Part shown: one piece after another, positions 40,434-50,273 of the stretch
How positions within the stretch are numbered: the first letter of the stretch is position 1
How the letters are laid out: every line of letters begins with the position of its first letter
Source: an uncultured Desulfarculus sp.
GTDB lineage: Bacteria > Desulfobacterota > Desulfarculia > Desulfarculales > Desulfarculaceae
DNA length: 64,000 bases
Assembly (NCBI GenBank): GCA_963665125.2
Contig: CAXXUK010000001.1
Coordinates: forward strand, 3,264,001 to 3,328,000
Direction of reading: 5' to 3'
Notes under the pieces: model-generated
Told to the model about the DNA's origin: nothing
Seen by the model: the letters and a program-made list of their open reading frames with translations, nothing else
Databases searched by the model: none
Translations under genes and position numbers: made by a program

Positions 40434-42247
40434 TGGAGCATGAGGTACCAGAGGCCATTCGGGTTGCAGTCTGTCAGCTCTCTGGAATCAACCGTGTGAG
40501 TGTGGAGTCATCCCCTGAGTTCATAAGTGATGAATCTTCATGGGCCATTCAACTGCGGTTAACTTCGACAGTCACTTCCGATTTCGTGCCTAAGGAGACC
40601 CACTGGGTAGCACTTGTAGATGGTTTCTATCCAGCTGGTCGTATACGCATCTACCCCGCAAATAGTGGCGGCATTGTTCATACGTTTCCGCATCAAGACA
40701 GGAACACCAAGTCCCAGTTAAGCTACTGTACATGGCGCACTGGTAAGCCTTGCCTCGACAGCCCAACCCAACGCCTAGGACGTATAGCAGGAGGCCCGGA
40801 ACCCAAAGATGACATTGAACAACGGCTTCGATGGCATATTCTGCGCTGTCTCTCATGGCTAGAGATTGCCGCCGAGAACCAGTTGATGGTTGATGGAGAA
40901 CCGTTTGAAGTCCCGCAGTGCCCTGACGAACTTTGCGACAACCGCTTCACCGTGGTTCATGATGAGGGGAGTGATACTTGGCAAGATTGGAGTGAGCGCC
41001 TGGGGCACTATGGAGAGGTTCGCTTGAGAGAACTTCCCGCGTTCAAAAAAACAATGGTTGCGGATGAGTTCCTTGATGCCAACGGCGACAAAATTCGAAT
41101 TTGCCGCCGTCTTATTCGACAAAACGACAAAACCAGAGTCGGGTATTGGTGGCTGTGGCCAACTCCTATTGTCATTTCTCCATGGCATGCTCCGGGAACA
41201 TGGGATGAACTAAGGCAAGTAGGCACAAATATTGGAGTAGATGTAGATAGATTCATCCGATGGTTATCCGACCGTGTCGGTGGCAAAGAAAATGTAATTG
41301 TCCTTCTTGGCTATCCCATTCCTGAGGTATGGAACGGTTTGCAGGTTGAGGTACACTGGCAAGCCATTTTACCACCCTATGTCCCGTTGAAGTTCAAGCC
41401 GATGAGAGGGTTCCGTAAGAATCCTCTCGGCCTGAAAAAGCGCATTACGCAGGACTTTTTTAACGGAAGGGAAAAAATAAAATACCTCAAGACTGCTAAC
41501 TGGCATCCGGACAGACTCCAGGCGCGAGGGGGACTGTCGCCGGAATTAAAAAAGCAGTCAATTGCCGTGATCGGGGTAGGCGCTCTGGGTTCCGCTATAG
41601 CGGAGATCCTGGCACGTGGAGGGGTAGACGAGATCCTCATAATTGATGGAGACGTCCTTAAATCGGGCAACCTGGCACGTCATACACTCACCGGCGTTGA
41701 CCTTGGTAGCAAGAAAGCGGAGGCCCTAGAGGCTAGGTTACAAAGTATTGCGCCAATGTCACACTTCACCGCCCTGTCCGCCTTTTTGTCAAGTACCGAC
41801 GTCATTGAAGCGCCATTAGAATCTTTCAAAATAATCTTGGACTGTACTGGCGAAGATAGTGTTCTTCGCAACCTATATGACGCTTGGTGGCCGATTCCTA
41901 GGCACTTCTTATCTGCTTCGTTGGGGTATTCAGCAAACCGTCTTTTCCTATTCAGTAATCATGCGTGTTGCTTTCCCGTTGAAGAGTATGAAAATGCAAT
42001 GCGTCCATGGCTTTCTGTGGAGCGTCAAGAATGGTCTGAATCAGGGGAGAAACTCGAGGGTGCTGGTTGTTGGTCTCCAGTATTTCCGGCTCGGAATGAT
42101 GATGTTTGGCTAGCGGCAGTTGCGATTGTGAAATATCTAGAGCGTTGGGTAGTAAAGGAGGTTCGAGATGGTCTTCACGTGTTTAAGAAAAGCCTTGGTC
42201 AAGATATTGTAGGTTATCAACTCGTTGATCAGGAGGAGTCGTCGTGA
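40433..42247 (+). CDS. cap2: CBASS Cap2 (E2-E1/ThiF fusion)
   Basis: N-terminal E2-like FPHQ..PCL. C-terminal ThiF motifs GVGALGS, IDGD and NLARH. Confidence 0.9.
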   Translation: MEHEVPEAIRVAVCQLSGINRVSVESSPEFISDESSWAIQLRLTSTVTSDFVPKETHWVALVDGFYPAGRIRIYPANSGGIVHTFPHQDRNTKSQLSYCTWRTGKPCLDSPTQRLGRIAGGPEPKDDIEQRLRWHILRCLSWLEIAAENQLMVDGEPFEVPQCPDELCDNRFTVVHDEGSDTWQDWSERLGHYGEVRLRELPAFKKTMVADEFLDANGDKIRICRRLIRQNDKTRVGYWWLWPTPIVISPWHAPGTWDELRQVGTNIGVDVDRFIRWLSDRVGGKENVIVLLGYPIPEVWNGLQVEVHWQAILPPYVPLKFKPMRGFRKNPLGLKKRITQDFFNGREKIKYLKTANWHPDRLQARGGLSPELKKQSIAVIGVGALGSAIAEILARGGVDEILIIDGDVLKSGNLARHTLTGVDLGSKKAEALEARLQSIAPMSHFTALSAFLSSTDVIEAPLESFKIILDCTGEDSVLRNLYDAWWPIPRHFLSASLGYSANRLFLFSNHACCFPVEEYENAMRPWLSVERQEWSESGEKLEGAGCWSPVFPARNDDVWLAAVAIVKYLERWVVKEVRDGLHVFKKSLGQDIVGYQLVDQEESS

Positions 42248-42296
42248 TCTTCAGCCTATTGCCCGAAAAAATCTTCTCCTACGACAATGGTGCTCA

Positions 42297-42809
42297 ATGA
42301 GTGTCAGTTATGACTGGATTACACCTTGTCAGAATTACGCCCTCCGTTTGACCGCTGAGTCCTGGCAGCAAATTAATTTAGAGTGTAACCGGGCTGGGGC
42401 AATTGAAACTGGCGGTATTCTGGTTGGTCACTACACTAATAATGCGTCGACGGCATTAGTAACAGAAGCTCTACCTCCGCCCAAGGATTCAACCAGTGAC
42501 AGAAACTGGTTTCACCGAGGTCTTGCTGGGTTGCGTGAGCTGCTGTCGAAACGATGGGAAAATCAAGTTCGTACGTACTATGTCGGAGAGTGGCATTATC
42601 ATCCGGCCAGCATAGTAGTGCCGAGCAGTGACGACTTGGCTCAGATGTATAGCATCAACTCCGATCCCAAATATAATTGTCGCGAACCTGTGATGCTGAT
42701 CATTGGTATGGCTCGGCATGGTGAGGAACGATCAGTCCGCGCCTTCGTTTTTCCGCAGGGCGAACCGTTTATTGAATTTTTGGAGAGTGCAGATACCTTA
42801 GTGCGGTAA
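42297..42809 (+). CDS. cap3: CBASS Cap3 JAB/MPN protease
   Basis: ETGGILVG and GEWHYHP..PSSDD JAMM motif. Start assigned to ATG 42297. Confidence 0.9.
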   Translation: MSVSYDWITPCQNYALRLTAESWQQINLECNRAGAIETGGILVGHYTNNASTALVTEALPPPKDSTSDRNWFHRGLAGLRELLSKRWENQVRTYYVGEWHYHPASIVVPSSDDLAQMYSINSDPKYNCREPVMLIIGMARHGEERSVRAFVFPQGEPFIEFLESADTLVR

Positions 42810-42944
42810 CCCTATTTTTAGTGTTTACCAGGCAAATTAAATTGTTACGGATGATTTAATACTAATCCAGGGATATGAATTAATGCTACTGGCATAGATA
42901 CCTCTGTCAATTCGGTTGAGCTAGTCGGCTATAGGGGTAGATGC

Positions 42945-43271
42945 TCAGGCGGATAGCAGCCGGTCTTGCAGCAAGCTCTGCAAGTCACGGCGGCCATCGG
43001 CGATCATCATTACATACACATCACCGTTTAGGACCCGGTATATGATCCGGTAAGGCTTGAAGTAGACCTCCCGGTACTCCCGTATGCCCAGGCCCAATAG
43101 CTCCTTGGGGTAAGAACCCCTGTTTGGTGAACTGCTGAGGCCCGCAAAGGCCTCCTCGATCTTGCCCAGCACGTATTCCGCCTTGTCCGGGGCGTCATGA
43201 AGGGCGATGTAGTCGTGCATGCCTATAAGATCACTTTCCGCACCCTCGGTCAGCAGCACCGTATAAGTCAT
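42945..43271 (-). CDS. RelE/ParE-family toxin
   Basis: AESDL..I..YIA and YRIIYRV..DGRRD; translationally coupled to the antitoxin. Confidence 0.9.
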   Translation of the reverse strand: MTYTVLLTEGAESDLIGMHDYIALHDAPDKAEYVLGKIEEAFAGLSSSPNRGSYPKELLGLGIREYREVYFKPYRIIYRVLNGDVYVMMIADGRRDLQSLLQDRLLSA

Positions 43272-43546
43272 CAGTCCTGTTCCCGCCTTGAACGCAGGTG
43301 GCTAATAACATCAGCGGCAGGCTTGACCTTGCCTTGTTCGATCTGCTTGTTGCCCAGAGCGAGGATCTTCAACAGAGCCATGGTCTCTTGGGTTTGCTCA
43401 TAGCTGGCAATGTCCTGAACGACAACCTTGGCCTCACCGTTTTGAGTGATGATCAAGGGCTGCCCTTGCTCGCCAAGGTTGCGGACTATATCGGCGGCAT
43501 TTGCCTTTAAATAACTGATTGGTTTGATTCTGCCGGATAAGCTCAT
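43271..43546 (-). CDS. Phd/YefM-family antitoxin
   Basis: IKPISYLKANAA..PLIITQNG. ATG at 43546 follows a GGAGG RBS. Confidence 0.9.
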   Translation of the reverse strand: MSLSGRIKPISYLKANAADIVRNLGEQGQPLIITQNGEAKVVVQDIASYEQTQETMALLKILALGNKQIEQGKVKPAADVISHLRSRREQD

Positions 43547-43652
43547 GATTCCCTCCATGTTGCCTGGTCTAAATATAGCCCAAATATGGTCACATTGTAA
43601 AGGCGGGGATATCCTATAGAGCTTGAGACTAATGGTAGATATTGTAGTAGTA

Positions 43653-43891
43653 ATCTGTGCAGCGAAGCTCATCACGGAAAAATCACACCATCACTCCAGG
43701 CAAGTACACCAGATGTACTTCTACTTAAGGCCGCGCCCGATGGGGCAATATACGATTGTATAAAGCGCGCTTCGCGCAATGGTTGCAACATCAGAGTGCC
43801 CCATCGGGCGCGGCTTAACTGTAGGACCGCATCTCATGCACTTCTTGGAGTAATACCATGATCTTTCCGTGATGAGCTTCGCTGCACAGAT
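43653..43891. repeat. ~240-bp imperfect palindrome (long hairpin)
   Basis: Perfect 28-bp outer arms (43653-43680 / 43864-43891), perfect 18-bp inner arms (43730-43747 / 43797-43814), and partial pairing between them. Confidence 0.92.
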
Positions 43892-44096
43892 GAACTACTG
43901 TAATGACATGCTTGTTATCCTTCGGATAGACACATGAAACGACAGATGTTCATCTGTGCAGCGGTATAGTTGACTGTGCCTGTGTGAGGCATCGTTTGCC
44001 ATTAGTAGCGTAAAAACAAGAGATATAATAAGGAGTCGAACTATACAGGCAACTCCAAGACTGCCTGCATGTAGACATCTAACATGGTGCCTATGC

Positions 44097-45275
44097 CTAT
44101 AGAATTACGCCAAACGGATATTTGGCGTTAATCTTGTTTATATCTTCCGGTGAAAAGACTGTTAGCTTGCTTGCCCTTCGGTTGAATACGTGGCCATACG
44201 GATGATCATCCAAGTAGTTGCCAGGTAAAATCTGCTTCGCAAGCCTGTTGGCCTGATTTATGCCCAGATCCTGTATCGCTTTGGCGATCATACGACTATA
44301 CATTTCAACGTCCTTCCTATTTTGTTTGGTCTTTCCGTTTACCTTGAGGTATCTGTTTCTGAATAACCGGAAGTTGAATGTTTTAAGCTGTAAATATTTA
44401 ACTATGATGCCGCCATCAATCTTGAGTACATCTAGCAGACTATTTATTTGCATTCTTCTGAGTGCATTACGTTTAAGAGTAATCTCTAAGCGAACGAATT
44501 TGACCTTAGGAATTAAGCTACATGCCATATCGTTGTCTTCGATTATGTTCTGGCTATTTCGGTCTTCTTCTTTGATGTAGTTTCTCGCTTGTTTGGTTTT
44601 TGCCTGTCTATTATTTTGAGGGTAAATAGTACCATCAAAAGGTAAATCGAAGCCTCTGCCCGGATACATCAGGGAATGGTGATTGCCAAAGAAGTCGTGT
44701 AGATTTAAGCACTTATTTTTCGCCTTGGGCGTCATGTCTAATGCCAACTCAACTTCGCTGACATTGTACCTACAAGGCTTGACTGCCTCAACCATGCGAA
44801 GGTATATGTTGATGTCAACGTCATGTACCTTAATCGATACTAGACGTTCTACTTCGGCAGGTACAACAACGTCAACCTCACTAGGCATTTGATCTTCCTT
44901 GTGGATGAAATGTTTGAATACTTGGCCTACGCGCTCATGCACCTCTCCTTGCACTCTCTTATCCTTAAGAAGTTTAGGTAGGAATTTATCGGCTTCCCTT
45001 CTGCTGAGAGTGAGGGTGATGAAGTCATGGGTTAATCTTGTCTTAAATTTTTCTGGCTTTATACAAAAATTCTCCAGGTAATTACAATATAGTAGTAACT
45101 CCTCCTCGATTAAGATGCTTCTCTTGCGTGGGTAGTGTTTCATCAGTTTGTGTGCCATGGTCCTTGCTACTATATCCTTCTTGCTTTCGTGCTTTGGCTT
45201 GGTTTTTTTGTTATATCTTAGAGGTGGGTTGCTTTTTGCTTCTCTCAGATCTATATGGCCACTTGCTGTCAACAT
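44097..45275 (-). CDS. Probable replication initiator (Rep_trans-like, rolling-circle)
   Basis: Motif order VSEVELALD..TIY..RNYIK..RLEITL resembles Rep_trans. Basic protein in the island backbone with an AAGGAG RBS. Confidence 0.5.
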   Translation of the reverse strand: MLTASGHIDLREAKSNPPLRYNKKTKPKHESKKDIVARTMAHKLMKHYPRKRSILIEEELLLYCNYLENFCIKPEKFKTRLTHDFITLTLSRREADKFLPKLLKDKRVQGEVHERVGQVFKHFIHKEDQMPSEVDVVVPAEVERLVSIKVHDVDINIYLRMVEAVKPCRYNVSEVELALDMTPKAKNKCLNLHDFFGNHHSLMYPGRGFDLPFDGTIYPQNNRQAKTKQARNYIKEEDRNSQNIIEDNDMACSLIPKVKFVRLEITLKRNALRRMQINSLLDVLKIDGGIIVKYLQLKTFNFRLFRNRYLKVNGKTKQNRKDVEMYSRMIAKAIQDLGINQANRLAKQILPGNYLDDHPYGHVFNRRASKLTVFSPEDINKINAKYPFGVIL

Positions 45276-45639
45276 GATGTCACTCCTTTATTGTCACATT
45301 TGTAAATAATTAGTTGGTGAGATTACCCTCTACCCAATCTATACGAAATCAAGGTGAGCATGCGGAATTAGTCTGGCATAACCGCTTCATGTACCATTTA
45401 AGACGTAAGGTGATAATCTTAAGCTTAAGGACAAATAGAGCAGTACATTGGTGCCAATATGTTGTCTCAATTTTGTGTCGTAAGTGCAGGGGATGTACTC
45501 ACAACATGGAAGCCATATTTACGCCATATGCCGTCTAATAATCGGTTAAAGTTGGCAATGAATAGGCAGGACATTTCAGGCAAGAAATGCTACTGTAGAT
45601 GCGTAACCGTTACCCATCTAACTGCGAGTACCGCTCATC

Positions 45640-46959
45640 ATGCCCATGATCAGAGTTGATGCCATCAAAGTTGACCAAAGACAGCGTTCCTTACGGCGAG
45701 AGAAGGTCGCTCAGCTTGCCGAGTCAATAGATGTAGTCGGTTTGTTGCATCCAATCGCCGTAACACCCGAAAACCGGCTAATCAGCGGACTGCATAGGTT
45801 AGAGGCTCATCGTCTGCTTGGCTTGCATGAGGTTGAATGCCGGGTCCTCAATATTGAAGAGGCTAAGCAAGAACTGGTTGAGATAGACGAAAACGTTGCC
45901 AGGGCTGAACTGAACGACATTGAGTTAGGTGAGCACATATTACGGCGTGAAGCGATTCTGGCGGACATGGGTCTGCAAGCCAAGCGTGGTGATAATAGAC
46001 ATACTGTCAACGGCCTCAACAGGGCCAAGGACGTGGCCGAAAGGCTGCGAATAAGCGTTGGCAGCATAGTTAAGAAGAAGCGCATCGCCAGGGAGTTGGC
46101 CTCTGATGTAAAGGAACGCCTCGTCATCACAAAATACGCCTTCAACACTACGGGCTTGCTGAAGCTGGCTAAACTTGACCATGACACCCAGCGTATGGCG
46201 GTTGACCTGTTACTTGATGGTCCTCACCGCGAACTTGGGCCAGCCATAACCGCTGCCTTGTTTGAGTCGCGCAAGAAAGCGGTCAATACAGTGCTCAAGC
46301 GCTACAAGTCGGGTGACGTTGATAACCTGTCATTGCTCTGTGGTGACTTTAGGCATGTTGGACGCTACATTGAGGCCAAAAGCGTTGATTGCATATGGTG
46401 TGATCCGCCTTATGCCAATGAAGCTATTTATGACAATTTAGGACGTTTCGCCGAACGTGTTCTCAAACCAGGTGGTTCATGCTTTGCATATTGCGGCCAA
46501 AGCCGCTTACCACAGGTTTTGCAGCTTATGGGGCAACATCTACGTTACTGGTGGATTTTGTCCTTAAACGTTAAAAATGGTGGCAAGGTGGCTGATCATG
46601 GCAGGCAAGTATTCATAGAGTGGAAGCCCATCGTTTGGTTCACCAAAGGCGACCATCGGCAGGTAAACAAGTATGTGCCCGACAACCCTGTTGCCTCATC
46701 CCCCGAGTTCAATAAAGAGCTACATCGCTGGGAACAGGACGTGTCCACACCTGACTATTACATCTTTAATACAACAGAGCCAGATAGCGTTGTTTGCGAC
46801 CCCTTCATGGGCACAGGTAGCACTGGTGTTGCTGCGTTAAGGTGTGGCAGAAGGTTCATAGGCATTGAAAAGGAGAAGGACACGTTTGAGAGCGCCAAAA
46901 TGCGCCTTAACAGCGAGATGGCCGTTTTGAGTCAAAATCCGCAATATTTGCCAAAATAG
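45640..46959 (+). CDS. ParB N-terminal domain - N4/N6 DNA methyltransferase fusion
   Basis: GLLHPI..ISGLHRLEA..EN..R (ParB), then DPPY followed by DPFMGTGSTG (beta-class order). Confidence 0.88.
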   Translation: MPMIRVDAIKVDQRQRSLRREKVAQLAESIDVVGLLHPIAVTPENRLISGLHRLEAHRLLGLHEVECRVLNIEEAKQELVEIDENVARAELNDIELGEHILRREAILADMGLQAKRGDNRHTVNGLNRAKDVAERLRISVGSIVKKKRIARELASDVKERLVITKYAFNTTGLLKLAKLDHDTQRMAVDLLLDGPHRELGPAITAALFESRKKAVNTVLKRYKSGDVDNLSLLCGDFRHVGRYIEAKSVDCIWCDPPYANEAIYDNLGRFAERVLKPGGSCFAYCGQSRLPQVLQLMGQHLRYWWILSLNVKNGGKVADHGRQVFIEWKPIVWFTKGDHRQVNKYVPDNPVASSPEFNKELHRWEQDVSTPDYYIFNTTEPDSVVCDPFMGTGSTGVAALRCGRRFIGIEKEKDTFESAKMRLNSEMAVLSQNPQYLPK

Positions 46960-47125
46960 GCGATTTGAGGACGCGATATAAACTGGGTTAACACGACCTA
47001 ATTATGACGTTACCGTAGTAATATCAACGTAGAATCAGGTATTGATGAATAATTTTAAAAACTGGAGTGCTTTTCGTATATATAGGGTAGAAGCGATAGA
47101 TCATGGTTCTAAGAAAGGCCCAACA

Positions 47126-47404
47126 ATGGACAAAATAGAAATCGCTATACTGAAAGCATTCGTAAGCAAAAAGGACAGAATAACAATTGATGTTGTGCCA
47201 ATGAATAGCATCATCCGGCGAGCGTCAAGAATACGCGGAAGAGGAGTAGTAGTAACAGCAAGAGACGTTAGGCAAGTGTTGGGATACTATGACCTAAGGT
47301 CTTCAAGAATGCCAAAAGAGTTAAGGTCACGTTACGGGGCCAGATGTTTTACAACTACAAACAAAGCCTATAAGGAAGTCTTACAATATCTTGAAGATCT
47401 CTAG
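47126..47404 (+). CDS. Small basic hypothetical protein, possibly DNA-binding
   Basis: 92 aa from ATG 47126; Arg/Lys-rich. Confidence 0.5.
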   Translation: MDKIEIAILKAFVSKKDRITIDVVPMNSIIRRASRIRGRGVVVTARDVRQVLGYYDLRSSRMPKELRSRYGARCFTTTNKAYKEVLQYLEDL

Positions 47405-47472
47405 GTAAAGGCTACACGAAATAACTGTAATCAGTTAACCCAATAGACCTCTCTATCAGCTTCTAAAGATCA

Positions 47473-47648
47473 GCCCACCGGGCATAATCAACCAAAGCAA
47501 TCAAGTCAGCGGCAAGCCCAACAAACCACACCGTTGATGGACCTCAACAAGTTAACAAGGTAACTGTTGCCGCAATTCGCAAGGACATAACGCCTACAGG
47601 TGAAGTGCGTCTTTACTTTGGCGAATGGTTGATTACTGCCCGGTGGGC
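47473..47648. repeat. Long-range inverted repeat
   Basis: GCCCACCGGGCA-TAATCAACCA (47473-47494) pairs with TGGTTGATTA-C-TGCCCGGTGGGC (47626-47648). Inner GCGGCAA / TTGCCGC pair. Confidence 0.8.
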
Positions 47649-48134
47649 CTGGTTTCATAGTTTGCGCGTCGGCCTATGTCTTGATGGCCAAGAGGTGAAT
47701 TAATTAAGGACCAGTGAAATCAAATAGTGGTTATTGAGAGATCAATATAGCGGCTTACAACAGGCAAGATAGTGCGGAGACGCTGTAACTATGTACCGAC
47801 TTGCCTGATTACACCGGAAATGAGCATAACGATCTTGCCGCATGGCTTATCACTGCATAGTTGATGACAAAAAAGCAGCTTAAATGAGGACGTTTTTCTA
47901 TTCTGGCTGACGGTTTTGGGAGTACGCAGGTGAAGGGCTAAACTGAGTTGATAAAATGGCAAATGATTGAAATGTGCACTTTATTGCCTAGTATAAAGTC
48001 TCTAATCCAGGACGAAAAAGTGGCCTAAGTTACAATTCAATTTCGTTTATAAAGACGAAAAAGGTAGTTATTTCCTTTGCATGGCTTATTTGTATGCAGT
48101 GTTATGATAAATTAATCCGATATGTACTATTGCC

Positions 48135-48163
48135 TTGACAAATGAGCTAATAAATGGTATACT
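48135..48163 (+). promoter_or_regulatory. Near-consensus sigma70 promoter upstream of alpA-int
   Basis: TTGACA-17 bp-TATACT with an extended -10 TG. Confidence 0.75.
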
Positions 48164-48723
48164 GTATACAATAAATGAGGGAAGATTCTAATTAAATAGA
48201 TTGCTGCCTTTTCTAACGTGATCGGCGCAAAACAGCCTTCCCTCAGACAAGGCCAAGAGGGGACATGAAGTGACACTCGCGTCCTTATGGCCACCAACAG
48301 CGTTACGGCGCTAATCAACACATAACCAATCAAACAGTATGACAAACAGCGAGGCGATGCCCTAAAGGCGTTAGCACCGCTCACCTGCGGCTTTATGGAA
48401 GGAGGGCAAAAAGCCACGGGAGACGCACCGGTATGCCTATTTGTGCCGGGCTTGTGGAGTGTGGTTGTCTTGACCGCTCTCTCATACATAACTTGCCAGA
48501 CGCTTCCTTTTAGAAGCCGAGCATAATTGCCCGGCTCTACAACAGCAGACAAATAGGCATGCCGTGACAACGCTATAATTGCGGACCCGTGCGGCCTGAG
48601 TGCGCCCAAGCAAAACGGCGCACAACTATGCCCTGAGGAAGCGCCCCTGGTGGAACTTGCCGGTCGGAAACCACTCCGACCGGCATCGCTGTTTCTAGGG
48701 ACAGCGAAAAGGAAAGAGGACAA

Positions 48724-48909
48724 ATGAAAAATAGACTTATTGACATCCATGAACTTGGAAAAATCATTGGCCAATCACCCAAAACCATTAGGAATCGCCT
48801 GCATGAAGGCACCTTCCCCATCAAACCTGTCAAACAAGGCGGTAGACGCAACTACTGGTTCCTTGACGAAGTCTATGCCTACTTGGAAGGCCTTCGCAAG
48901 GCCAGCTAA
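48724..48909 (+). CDS. AlpA/excisionase-like HTH protein
   Basis: 61 aa, LIDIHEL..SPKTIRN..FPIKPVK..W; immediately upstream of the integrase. Confidence 0.85.
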   Translation: MKNRLIDIHELGKIIGQSPKTIRNRLHEGTFPIKPVKQGGRRNYWFLDEVYAYLEGLRKAS

Positions 48910-49024
48910 CCAAACAACTGGGGTGCGCCTCGCAATGCCGTGATAGCATTTCCCTGTCAGAAAGGAGATGCCTGTAGATCGACATTGCGTTGCGCGCCCA
49001 TCCACGAAAAAGGAGGGCGGAATA

Positions 49025-50155
49025 ATGCCTAAATATCAAGACAAAAATGGCAAATGGGTTATTCAGTATAAGGTTGGCTATGACTGCAAACCTGACCCTG
49101 AGAACCCTGGCAAAATGAAGAAGCGTATCAAATACAAGTCCGAGACAGTGGGCAAGTTAGCAAGAGTGGCTAATAGCTTGCTGCGGCAAAGGGAAGCGGA
49201 ATGGGAAGCCAAAATGGTGGAAGGCTCCATAGAGTCATCCGCGCACGTGAACAGCTACACTCTGGAAGAGTTGATACAGTGGTATTTGGCTCTGCCCGTG
49301 ACCCAGAACAAACGCTCCTATTCAAAGGACGTTGAACGGTCACCCTATCTGCTCAACTACTTTGGTGACATTAAGGCCAACAAGATCAAGCCCAGCATGG
49401 TTGAGAGTTTTCAGCACGATATGCTTAAGACCAAAAGCAAGCACGGGCGTCCTTTCAAGCCAAGTACGGTCAACCGTATGGTTGCCTTGATGAAGCGCAT
49501 ATTCAACCTCGCCTTGAGGGAAGATATGGTTTTGAAGAACCCTTGCTGGAAGGTGACCATGCTCAAGGAGAACAACCAACGGGATAGGGTGATCAGCTTC
49601 GAGCAATACGAGCTCCTGCAGGAACAGCTTGAATCCCACCTGAAGCCTATTGTGGCTGTCGGCTATTTCACGGGCATGCGGTTGGGTGAAATCCTAGGCT
49701 TGACCTGGAAGCAAGTGAACATGGAACAAGGTTATATCGACCTCGAGCCGGAACAGACTAAAACCTCTGAACCACGGCGCGTTTATTTTACTGAAGAACT
49801 GTGCCAAGTACTGGAGCGGGTTGCCAAAGTCAAGGGTCTGCGTCACAGATTTGTTTTTACCTACAAGGGCAAACCTATCACCAGTTTCCGGCGAACCTTC
49901 AGAAGCGCTTGCCAACGGGCTGGCATACAGGACTTCAGGTTTCACGATCTGCGCCATACCTTTAACACCAACATGCGCAAGGCTGGCGTGGACCAGACGG
50001 TGATCATGAAGCTCACCGGTCATAAGACCCCAGCAATGTTTAACCGCTACAACACGGTTGACCAGCAAGATGCCAAACAGGCCATGGAGCGCTTTAACGA
50101 CTTGTTGGCAGAACAAAAAAACGAGAAAAGTTCAGAACATGTTCAGAAGGGATAA
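49025..50155 (+). CDS. int: Tyrosine integrase
   Basis: TGMRLGE, K, HDLRH, GH and RY catalytic residues, plus an N-terminal arm-binding-like region. ATG 49025 follows AAGGAGG. Confidence 0.95.
   Translation: MPKYQDKNGKWVIQYKVGYDCKPDPENPGKMKKRIKYKSETVGKLARVANSLLRQREAEWEAKMVEGSIESSAHVNSYTLEELIQWYLALPVTQNKRSYSKDVERSPYLLNYFGDIKANKIKPSMVESFQHDMLKTKSKHGRPFKPSTVNRMVALMKRIFNLALREDMVLKNPCWKVTMLKENNQRDRVISFEQYELLQEQLESHLKPIVAVGYFTGMRLGEILGLTWKQVNMEQGYIDLEPEQTKTSEPRRVYFTEELCQVLERVAKVKGLRHRFVFTYKGKPITSFRRTFRSACQRAGIQDFRFHDLRHTFNTNMRKAGVDQTVIMKLTGHKTPAMFNRYNTVDQQDAKQAMERFNDLLAEQKNEKSSEHVQKG
50126..50147 (+). repeat. Tandem AAAAGTTCAGA / ACATGTTCAGA, putative arm-type sites
   Basis: Matches 3488-3509. 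Confidence 0.7.
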
Positions 50156-50158
50156 AAA

Positions 50159-50182
50159 TTAGGGGCCCGAGAGGGCCCCTAA
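50159..50182 (-). terminator. Intrinsic terminator downstream of tRNA-Phe
   Basis: TTAGGGGCCC-GAGA-GGGCCCCTAA stem, followed by a T-tract on the minus strand. Confidence 0.8.
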
Positions 50183-50197
50183 CTCATTGAAATCATT

Positions 50198-50273
50198 TGG
50201 TGCCGAGGGACGGAGTTGAACCGCCGACACGGGGATTTTCAGTCCCCTGCTCTACCAACTGAGCTACCTCGGC
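50198..50273 (-). tRNA. tRNA-Phe (GAA)
   Basis: 76 nt, GCCGAGGTAGCTCAGTTGGTAGAGCAGGGGACTGAAAATCCCC...TTCAACTCCGTCCCTCGGCACCA; cloverleaf with encoded CCA. Confidence 0.98.

Larger units (their letters stand above)
3351..50246. mobile_element. ~47-kb tRNA-Phe-integrated defence island (tyrosine-integrase element)
   Basis: Integrase and AlpA genes lie next to the tRNA-Phe 3' end. TTTTCAGTCCC occurs at 3351-3361 and in the tRNA anticodon arm (50236-50246). Matching tandem 11-mers lie inside both ends. Confidence 0.8.

Noticed and set aside
47582..47591. Reverse-strand GTTATGTCCT matching the repeat element
   Set aside because: An isolated 10-mer without the other blocks; compatible with chance.
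48127..48774. 215-aa minus-strand ORF
   Set aside because: Overlaps alpA and its promoter/leader in antisense; no protein-like features.
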